Assembly: GCA_964658305.1 (NCBI GenBank)
Contig: OZ210885.1
Coordinates: 13,206,001-13,270,000, forward strand
Length of the DNA stretch: 64,000 nt
Origin: Leptogorgia sarmentosa
Lineage: Eukaryota
Direction: 5' to 3'
Below, piece after piece: positions 14,001-26,000 of this stretch. The notes under the pieces are model-generated. The model did no database searches. It saw only the letters and a list, made by a program, of their open reading frames with translations, and was not told the DNA's origin. Every line of letters begins with the position of its first letter. The first letter of the stretch is position 1. The translations under genes were made by a program, and so were the position numbers.

Positions 14001-17000
14001 CACCATTTTTGGAGGAAATTTATTCAGACAATGTTCATTTATTCCAAGTTATAACCTAAAGTTGTAGGAACGTCAAAAACACCACAGTTATACATTACCG
14101 AAGCTTTGTCCAGTCATATTATAGGTCTGTACTTAATACGTATTTCTCGGAAATTGAAACGTAAAAACTAATCTAGAACTAGTTATGCTCTATCCAAATC
14201 TTTAAAAACTGCATGATGTCCGGTTTTTAATCGCTTTGAGGTGCACGCATAATATAACTAACTAGACCTATTTATAAGCGCGTGTTGCGTATCACACAGA
14301 ACAACTTTTCCTTTTATTTTTCAAGGTGTGGAATTTGTCTGATGGCAGTGTGATCAATGGAATTGATAGCGTTGGCACACCTGAGATTGTTCGCTTTAGT
14401 TCTGATGGGTTGCAAGTTATAATTGGATGCAAAGATAACCATGTGTTCATCTGGGACTGGCAAAAGTCAGATGCGTCTTTGAAAGAAGTCATTTTACCCG
14501 CGTCCTATACAGTGGAAATAGCATGCGATCGCAACATGATTTACACATGCAGCCAGGATATGCATATTTGTGAATTCAATCTCGACTCACTACAAGTATC
14601 GACTGTTCGTCAAGGGTCGAGCGTCCCACCAGTAATATCACATGACGGTAAAAGAGTATTATTTGGGTCGCTTCAGAATAATGCGTTTTTCCACGGGAAA
14701 CTGTCAACAGATAGTTTGGTCGAGCATAATGCAGGTGGGTAAATGAAGGAATATTTGAAACTTCTAAATACTTTTAAGTCATTAATGCGACTACAGGGTA
14801 TTGTACTATCTTTATACACGCAAAATTTATGTTTGTGAAATATCCGTTTTAGTTGACAATATATTTCTCCGAAAAAAACAGTGCATTCAAATTACTATTA
14901 GATTCGATTTAAGAAATTGTGATGGCTTCACATGCTATTTTCTGATTACGAACAATACAATGAAAACGGTTTCATCGCGAGTATCTACAAGCTGATATGC
15001 ATTATTTAGGTCGTGTTGCATGTAGAGAAAGAATACCAAAACTACAAGATTGCTGTGATATATAGAAATCCTATAGGATTTGCAGCACATCGTTGCTGCG
15101 GTGAATGTAAATCTCAATGCATTTTTAGCTGATCAAGAATTTTTCCCGTCATCCTTTTCAATTTATTTGCATTATACATATATGTTATTGACTGAGTGTG
15201 AGGTCCGTACTGGAGGATACTGCTCGCCTTCGGCTCGGTCCATAAACAAGCGCGAAAAGAACGAGACCGTGCAGTATCCTCCAGTACGGATCGAACAAAC
15301 TCAGTCAATAAGCTATTTATTATATGGCAAAAGATAAACAAAACTCGTTTACAACAATTCAATACTATGAACAAAGCCGGTAAACGGCTAATTAATATAA
15401 GAACAGCTGAAGAAGTTCGCTAAAAATTGTTCTCTAAAATGTTATTGGCTACCAAAAAAAAGAACAAAATGTTGAAACAAAAAAAGAACAGAATGTTCAA
15501 ACATCTTCTTTCGTCTTCGTTGTCGCTTGATTCAATAAAAAACCGACGTCGCTAAACGCGAGCGGTCCGTACTGCAGGTTACCGACCGCTCAGGAACCAA
15601 TCAGAATGCTGTATTTTAGCAGACGGACCGCTCAGAACACTTGCCATATAATAATAAGAACTTATTAACCGAGTGCGAGGTCTGTACGGGAAAGTATTGC
15701 CTGAGGGTTTTCGTACAGACCGAGCGACGAAGGAGCGAGGTCTGTGCGTTAAAAACCGAAGGCAATACTTTCCCGTACAGACAGAGCAAATGAGGTTAAT
15801 AAGGCATTTATTATATGGCTTTGTTCGATCGCAATTTGTTCTGACATTGTAGAAAGAACTAGAAAACACTTTCGCTGCTAAAACGTTCAGCCGTATACAC
15901 TGGCATACTGAATGGCGGTTTCTGGCCGTTCACTGCTGTACCACAACAAAACAATAAAAATACAACAAAGGAAAAAATTGAATAAAAAAATTTAATGTAA
16001 ATGTCGTGATAAACAACAAACGTTCGATGCGAAATGAAGCTATTTAAGTGTTGTGAAAACAATGTTCGGAACAGTTTTCAAACTGTTGTTTTGTTCGCCG
16101 TTATTTTCACTTTAAAACTCAGCATTTTGTGTCGTGTGTTTTTCTGGGACAGTAAAACTCAATCGGGGAGTGTTCTTCATCGTCACGGTATGGCAATCAA
16201 TCAACCAATCAGCGTGCGGCATTTATGTCAGCCATATAATAATCTATGTTATGTACCTTATTCGTACTTAATTTCGCGCGTACTTAATTTCGCGATTTTG
16301 TCGAAGCCATATTTAGCGAGACTTTATTTTCGCGATTTTGATGACCGAAAATAGAAATAGGGCATTAATTTTCGCGAAATACAGATTTGCAAAACCATCA
16401 TTTATTGAATTTTAACTTTTAACAATTGAATTTTATTGAATTTTAACTTTTATTGAAATTTATATATGTCGATGTCGGTAAAACGATATGCGAGCTGTAC
16501 ATGTTGTTGTTGATCATATATATCGAGAAATTATTAACGATTTAACAATTCCAATTTTTTAACTAATGTATTTAATTTCGCGTGGTTAAATTTCGCGAGG
16601 ATTTTTATTCGCGCGACTTTAATTTCGCGATTTTTTTTCAATCGCGAAAATCGCGAAATTAAAGTCACGCGAAATTAAGTACGAATAAGGTATATTTAAT
16701 TTTGACCTTATCAAGATTAGTTCAGTTATCTCACTGTTTGGAAGTGCTATAAAGGACCCCAACTACGAGCCCCAATTCTGTAGTTCCAGTCATTTTTGAC
16801 GCCAATATTGTATTTCCTGGGTCATCCTGCTGTTAAAAATGCGGGAACCAGTCAAAAATAAATTATCCATTCGACTGTCAGTGATGAGTTTGACCATCTA
16901 CGATTTCCATTATCGCGCAACTTATACCTTAATACTAAAACTGCATTGTTCGTAAAACTGCATGATGACGATCTGCTACTGAACACAATGCGATCTTGGA

Positions 17001-20000
17001 AAAAAAGAAAAAACGTAATTGTATGTAATTTGTCCCAATTGTTAAAGATCTGGGTGTAACAGAGTGTATTTGTCTGAACCTGCTCGTCATGCAATAATTC
17101 ACGACAAAACCAAGTATATAAAAAACATTATAATATAAGTAGGGTAAAATCTGCAACGTGATTGGCTAATGAGCGTGCATTATAACAGCGTAATGCACGC
17201 ATCTAGCTATTAAATTTCTCTCGCGACTCTTTGGTTTGACAAAAAGACAATAAAAATACATATATACTAAAAATACATCCATAAAAAACGCTTGAATTGT
17301 TTGCTTTCGCTCAGCTAAAGGAATAAAGCTGTGTTGCTGCTTGGCAACATTTGAGAACACGCTTGATTACATGTAAAGAGAATTGTAATTTTGATCTTCC
17401 TAACGAATTTATTTGTTGCGCTAATATTCTCTTATATTATAAAAGAAATAGAAAAACTCGTCGCGTGCCATTATGCTGTTATAATTGCACTCGGGCAATG
17501 TTGTGAGAATACTCGAGAATCGCGTAAAACACTCGGCTACGCCTCGTGTTTTACGCGATTCTCTCGTATTCTCCCAACATTTCCCTCGTGCATTATAACA
17601 GCATAATGGCACGCGACTCGTTATCTATTTCTTAACCAAAACAAACGTAGAAACACCAAAATATAATCTTAGAGGCATATCATCAGCTGTTTGCCTACCC
17701 AAACCCCGTACTGATAGCTTAAAAAAGAGCTTCAGCTACAACGGCGCATCAAGATGGAACTCTTTGCCCGCTGAAATTAGGCAAAGTGGGACATTTTCAC
17801 AATTTGTTAAGAGAATCGCTGCTCATGAAATGAAATAAAATGTAAATGTATATACTTAATTTGTAACAACACTTATAAACCTTTATATAAATAGTCAAAC
17901 TTCTTGGGGACTAGTATTATATTAGCAACACATTTTGTAATAGTCGTAGTAAAATTAGCATTAGCAGACCTTATATTTGTTCATATACTGTACCATTAAT
18001 ACCTTACTTTTCTAAATTTTGTAATTCGCACGCCCTTCGTGGAAACCAGCTACGGCTGACGTTGTAAGCGTGATTAAATAAAGTTTTCTATCTATCTATC
18101 TATTTCTATCTATAAAATTTTATATATAGACAAGATGGACTATTGGGACAGATTTTATATAAATTGGCTCCAAACCTATGTTAAGAAGTATTTCTTATTC
18201 CATGACATTATTTTCATTGAATATAAACATCTCAAACAAGTTTATGAATGCAAAACAATCCGGTTAACAATTGACGTGCACTTGTCTTGGAAAAATAAAC
18301 TGAAACTATTTGCCAAAAGGTAACCGCGTGAATCACTGCTGGCTAACCGTTTCTTTACCACAATATACTTATTTTGATATATAACGCTATTGTTAATCCG
18401 CACCATAGCCAGAATTCGCGGACATTTCAGCCCGCGCAATCTTCCCAGCGGCTGTACGAACAATGTCCTCAGAATTTATCAATACCCCCTGATATCCCTC
18501 ACCGTTTTCTCATCAAAATCAAAATGCCAAAAACAGCTGGTACTGAGAAACATAGACCAACTGTCGAAACCATCTAAATCATCCGACTTTTTTCAATACG
18601 CATCTCTCCTCGTGAGCAGTCTTAGCCATTCTGAATTTAAATTTTCACGCGTTGCTTTTTGGCAAAGCGCGTTTGCTGACGAATACAGTCTCGGACTCAC
18701 GGCACGTCTATAGGAAAAGGCTGCACCTCGGGAAAAATTCTTTCTCGCTCCACATTTTGGTACCAAACACGGCATAGTATGCATTTTACTCTTGGGACAT
18801 ATTGGTGAACGATAAACCTCAGTTCAATACTAAACGTACACGATTGTTCCGATAACACAATGGACTTTATGGACATGGTAACTTGAAAAAGCAGAGTGGC
18901 TACAGATCGCTAAAACATCCAAGATGATGAAACCAATTCAAAAGCAACTCGTTCAAGCTAAAAGATTTCATCGATTGCTGTCTAAGTATCCTGAAATTTG
19001 AATTTCAAGCTTATCTTTCCGAAAAATATGTTGTTCCCCCATCAAAATTATAAGTTTATTTCTTTGAGTATTACTCGCAAAAAGCGGAGCCCGGCGTAAA
19101 AGTTTATGGTAATTTGTGTTATTCACTGACTTGCTTTACTTACAAAATATTCATTGATATACTTGACAACTTCAAATGACTTTAAACGTTTTACTTCTTT
19201 CAGGTCACCCTGACGACTCGATAGTTACAGCAATTGACATCACATCAAATGGGAAATTTTCTCTGTCTGGAAGCAGTTCAGGAACATTGTCACTGGTGGA
19301 CCTAGAGAGTTCTAAAATTGTTCAAACCTTCGCAAAGTCCGAATCTGGAGTCGCCGTACGTTTTGTCTGCGTATTAAGTGATGATGTCCGTTTCGTTTTT
19401 GTTGACGAGGCAAACAGGATCGAACTAAGAACTTTTAATGATACCGAGGCCAGCATTAATTTGGGTCATCCCGATGTTAAAGTCACCTGCATCACTGCTC
19501 TTGGTTCAAACTATGCATTGCTTGGTTGTGATGACGGAGAACTGTTATGGTTTCATCTTAACAATAAGTCGCAGTTGAAATTCCCAGCACACGAGGATGC
19601 CATTTCTCAAGTTAAAGGCGAGCTAGGAGGTCATGATCGTTCACGTCGCTTTGCATCGGGGTCTATCGGTGGGTCTGTGAAGCTTTGGAATGTTGAAGAA
19701 AACTTGCCGACGTTAATATGGTCACATGACAACATTTGTTCTGATTCCATTACCGCGTTAGAATTCCTGCCCCGCTCGGATGATATCATAGTTGCTTCTG
19801 ACGACAAGGTATGTATATCATTTTCCAAAGGAGATTTTCAAATGTTATTTTTGGGCGTGTTACTTGTTGTAGGTTGAGCTGCAATTCAAATTTCATGACG
19901 TAAAACAGCACATGCACATACACATTATGAAGCGTTTCTAGAATTATTGCAAATTAACTTCGTCCCAATCTTCATTTTGAAAATTGGGAAGCAAACTCGG

Positions 20001-23000
20001 AATAAATCCCCATTGTTCACACCATGTCAGGAAGAAATCAACCAAATGAATAGTTTTTTTCTTGCTGGATTTTTGTTTCGTTACCAGAAATGTGCGAGCC
20101 GCGATGACGCAATAACCCAAAGCTATAATTTTAAAATGAATATGAAAAATTCCATACTATTTTGTATAAGACTGCGAAACCTTTAAAATTAAAGTATGCG
20201 AAGGCAGTTTTTATTAAAATATATATTTGCGAATAACATGGACTAGAAATAGAGTGATCTGGTTAAAACAATTAAATTAAATGGAATCTCGTCCTTGAAC
20301 AAAAGTCTAAATGCTTGCAATGCATTTTACATTAGTTAATAATGGTCGTGATAAATAACATTTTCTACGGAATGCATGTCAGGGCAAACCCCGAACAAAT
20401 TTCGAGATACGAAGGCACCACAACTTCTTTTTCCCATTATCATGTGTTTTTTGTAGAAAATACATTTTCAGAACAGTAAAATAACTTTGCCAAGTTCTAA
20501 AGCTGTCGTAAATTGGCGAGGTTTTGCTCGATTCTATTCGCAAAGGTAGTTTTTTACTTAACAATAAGATTACGAGTTCGAGATTTATATTTAACAATTA
20601 GATTACGAGCTCGAGATTTCTATGAGGTGATGAGTTGATGAGGGCGAAGCCCGAATCAACTATCATCTCGTAGAAATCGAGAGCGAGTGGATTTAATTGT
20701 TTTAGTAGAATCAGAGATCAAACATGAAAATATTGCGAAAAATAATTTAAAAACGCGTCTCAGAAGACATTTTCTTGAACGGAAATTCACATGTTTTGCT
20801 ACTCGCTAACGCAATTTTAACGTTATACTATTGTTCATCATTGTTTGCAGTTATTCGTATGGATAAGAACGTAGCTAGACAAAAAAAGACCAAAATTTGA
20901 ATATAGACTAAAGTAATGGCTTGCAAAATTGGCTTAGCTTAGACCCCGTTTCACGGTACTGGATTCACGTAGTCACGACAATGATTTCGTCGCGTTTTAG
21001 GTTATTTTTACTCTAACCACACATTCTATGATTAGTTGTTAATATTAAATTCTGTAATATCACCATAGATTTAATTAAGAGCCACACTCGTCTTGAAACA
21101 ATTAAATTTGATGTCGTGACCAAGCTGATCCGGTGCCGTGTAAACGGGATCTTAGGGGTTAGCTTAGTGCTGGGGCATTCAAATTCAAACAATGCGCTAA
21201 TTTCAAAGGTTTTGGGGCTTTTTGGGACACCCTGTAGACTAATATTCGACTATGACTATTTTTACCAAAACAACCACCATTCGAATCGGTGCGTTACTTA
21301 ATTTTTGAAAGTCATTAATTTGATAGTAGACGCAGGCATCATATTTTCTGAGATCATTTCTGATTCAATGTTTCCTACATTTTACCTCATTCATTATTCA
21401 ATATCCCTACTGTCAGTAATTAAGATACACTTGTCCAGGCTTCAGCAGGAAATAGCTGTGTGACAGTATCACTGAATAAGTTAAATGGTGAACATATCTG
21501 GAAATGTTCAGCAATTCGCCTAATTAACATAAGAGGCAACTGTATATTTGATAAATATCGTGATAAATAACATTTTCTACGGAATGCATGTCAGGGCAAA
21601 CCCCGAACAAATTTCGAGATACGAAGGCACCACAACTTCTTTTTCCCATTATTATGTGTTTTTTGTAGAAAATACATTTTCAGAACAGTAAAATAACTTT
21701 GCCAAGTTCTAAAGCTGTCGTAAATTGGCGAGGTTTTGCTCGATTCTATTCGCAAAGGTAGTTTTTTACTTAACAATAAGATTACGAGTTCGAGATTTAT
21801 ATTTAACAATTAGATTACGAGCTCGAGATTTCTATGAGGTGATGAGTTGATGAGGGCGAAGCCCGAATCAACTATCATCTCGTAGAAATCGAGAGCGAGT
21901 GGATTTAATTGTTTTAGTAGAATCAGAGATCAAACATGAAAATATTGCGAAAAATAATTTAAAAACGCGTCTCAGAAGACATTTTCTTGAACGGAAATTC
22001 ACATGTTTTGCTACTCGCTAACGCAATTTTAACGTTATACTATTGTTCATCATTGTTTGCAGTTATTCGTATGGATAAGAACGTAGCTAGACAAAAAAAG
22101 ACCAAAATTTGAATATAGACTAAAGTAATGGCTTGCAAAATTGGCTTAGCTTAGACCCCGTTTCACGGTACTGGATTCACGTAGTCACGACAATGATTTC
22201 GTCGCGTTTTAGGTTATTTTTACTCTAACCACACATTCTATGATTAGTTGTTAATATTAAATTCTGTAATATCACCATAGATTTAATTAAGAGCCACACT
22301 CGTCTTGAAACAATTAAATTTGATGTCGTGACCAAGCTGATCCGGTGCCGTGTAAACGGGATCTTAGGGGTTAGCTTAGTGCTGGGGCATTCAAATTCAA
22401 ACAATGCGCTAATTTCAAAGGTTTTGGGGCTTTTTGGGACACCCTGTAGACTAATATTCGACTATGACTATTTTTACCAAAACAACCACCATTCGAATCG
22501 GTGCGTTACTTAATTTTTGAAAGTCATTAATTTGATAGTAGACGCAGGCATCATATTTTCTGAGATCATTTCTGATTCAATGTTTCCTACATTTTACCTC
22601 ATTCATTATTCAATATCCCTACTGTCAGTAATTAAGATACACTTGTCCAGGCTTCAGCAGGAAATAGCTGTGTGACAGTATCACTGAATAAGTTAAATGG
22701 TGAACATATCTGGAAATGTTCAGCAATTCGCCTAATTAACATAAGAGGCAACTGTATATTTGATAAATATCGTGATAAATAACATTTTCTACGGAATGCA
22801 TGTCAGGGCAAACCCCGAACAAATTTCGAGATACGAAGGCACCACAACTTCTTTTTCCCATTATTATGTGTTTTTTGTAGAAAATACATTTTCAGAACAG
22901 TAAAATAACTTTGCCAAGTTCTAAAGCTGTCGTAAATTGGCGAGGTTTTACTAGATTCTATTCGCAAAGGTTGTTTTTTACTTAACAATAAGATTACGAG

Positions 23001-26000
23001 TTCGAGATTTCTATTTAACAATTAGATTACGAGCTCGAGATTTCTATGATGTGATGAGTTGATGAGGGCGAAGCCCGAATCAACTATCATCTCGTAGAAA
23101 TCGAGAGCGAGTGGATTTAATTGTTTTAGTAGAATCAGAGATCAAACATGAAAATATTGCGAAAAATAATTTAAAAACGCGTCTCAGAAGACATTTTCTT
23201 GAACGGAAATTCACATGTTTTGCTACTCGCTAACGCAATTTTAACGTTATACTATTGTTCATCATTGTTTGCAGTTATTCGTATGGATAAGAACGTAGCT
23301 AGGCAATCTAAAATGCCTCAAATCATTCAATAATGATTTAGTATTGTCAGAGTCCACATCCCACATGTATTTGATCATGTGACATTGATTATCAGGCGAA
23401 TTACATCAATTAAATAAATCTGTTTAATTGTTCAATTGTAACCTTCATTGCATGTGAAGCAAATTAACAGCGTAATAAAGATTTTTTAACCATGTGCGTA
23501 ACGCAAAAACAGCAATTTGAATAGAATTAACCTTCATGTTCATTTATTAATCATTTTCCACACGTATTGCAGTAATTTAACTGTAATTTAGTGAACGTGA
23601 CTGCTGAAATATAGATCCATTGTAATTGCTAAACGCAAGAGTTCAATTAGATTTACACACAATGTTTCCTGCACATAAAGTACATTATACTTGATAAATA
23701 TAAATGCAAATCCTCGGTGAATTGTCTGTTAAAACGTTAGGGGACGACACAATATTCATCCTTTCAGCCGAAACAGTTGGTGACTTGTGTCATCCCCCTC
23801 CCTCTCGATGCTTGTGTCATCCCCCTCCACGATTCACCTCTTGCCTTCATTCATTTTAAATACATATTATAAATTCAAGAACTTCGATTCTGACGGCTGA
23901 TTTTTTGTTCATTTTGCTACTTTATGAGCTGTTTGACGTAACCAAGCAAGAATAATAGAAAATAGTTCGAAAGGAATTCTCGAATTTAAAATACGTAATA
24001 ATAAGCTTTTATAACTGGATTGGCGTTCATATCATTTTGTGGGGAAAATATTTAATGGAAAGACGTTGTTAAGAACAGAATAGAATAGAATATTAATAGC
24101 ATTTTGTTTATAGGTATAATAGGACTAATTATAATAATTATGAAAAGAACAAAAAAATATAGTAATTAGAGTGATCCATTAAGGATCCCATGACAACCAT
24201 AGATAAGTATAAAAGAGCTTGTAGTTTGCTTTACGACATATAAGACGTCAACTTTTCGAAATATACAGATATTCCACTGAATTGTAGTTTGTCTATGGAA
24301 CAGACGTTATATTGAGCAGTGGTTTGATTATTTTGACAGATTGATCGCATAAATGCAAACGGAGTCGTGCATAGTTACGAAGATGAGCTTATAATGAAGA
24401 GAGTTGAAACAATGCGCGTGGTCCAGAACTCCCTTTTTTGTGTTTATCCGCTCAAATATACTTATGGTACAGCTGGAGAGAAACTCACAAAGTGGAACTT
24501 GAACGACGACGAGAAACAAAGCACCAGTCTTTTCAACACTGAGAAAGTTTTAAGGATTAACAATTCTGGCAACATTGTGGCTATATTAGGTAAATAATTT
24601 AACTGTTATTATTTTATTTTCTAATCTCAATTGCACAAGGTGTGTTCGCGTAATTCATCGAGTATTAGCTGAAGGGTTCCAGTGAATAACATTGGAAAAC
24701 TAGAAGAAAAACATTAGCATGCGCACATGCTGCAAAAATAGAATTGTTGTCATGATCTACAACGTCCAGGATAACTCCACCAAACGCGTAATAAAGGGTC
24801 GTGACAATGTTGTGTTATTAAATTATTTATTACTACTGTTATGCAAGGCGTCACCGGGCGAGACTTGAGGCCATTCATTATATCAGTGACCTCTAAGATT
24901 ACAGCGCGGCACACTTTAAATGTGATCAACATAGAGCCTACATGTGACGTACAGCACGCAATTGCAAAGTCAAGCTTGCACTTTAAGGGCCTGTTTATAC
25001 GATCCCTCTTAACCGGGATTCAATGAAGCGTCAAATGATTTTGAGGTATTGAAATGAGTAACGTTCATGAAACGAAACAACCAAAGTTAGGACACTTTTA
25101 GCACAAATCACCAAAAAAGATATATTTTACAAAAATTGATGCCCAACAACATCTTGCCAGTTTGATATTTCAGCAGAACAAAATCTTAGGCAACCAACAG
25201 TTTAGCATTTCTTCAAATCATAAATTATGCCTCATTTCAATACCTCAAAATCATTTTGCGCTTCATTGAATCCCGGGTGAGTGTGATCATATAAATAATA
25301 TAAATATAACGAACGTGTATCCGTTACGGAAATTCACATAATATTTCACAAGTGAAATGCTAATTTCACATGTGAAACGTTTATTTCACATGTGATTCAG
25401 TTAATTTCACATGTGAAACGCTAATTTCACCTGTGAAATCGGCAATTTTCACATGTGAAATGAAATTTTGTGTGAAATCCTTATTTCACACGTGAAAAGT
25501 TATATGTGAAATTAAATCACATGTGAAATCTTAAATTCACATGTGAAATTTTCATATGTGAAATTTTCATATGTGAAATTCAATCACATGTGAAATCCAT
25601 ATTTCACATGTGAAAAGTTATATGTGAAATTCAATCACATGTGAAATCCATATTTCACATGTGAAAAGTTATATGTGAAATTAAATCAGATGTGAAATCT
25701 TAAAATCACATGTGAAATTTTCATATGTGCAATTCAATCACATATGAAATCCTTATTTCACATGTGAAAAGTTTAGCTGCATCTTACCAAATGTCAGATT
25801 TAAAGCGATGTTATTTAGATGAGACTCGCTGGAAATTTGTGCAGATAAGTCCCTGTTTACACTGCTAACATTTCCTAATTAGTATGTTATGTAAAGAATT
25901 GTGAAAAGCGAGTTGTGTAGCAGTCTATGTGAACAATTTCTGAGACAGCAACTTAGATAACGTGACGTTCTCCGGACCCTACCTCCCCCACAGGCGCTTT

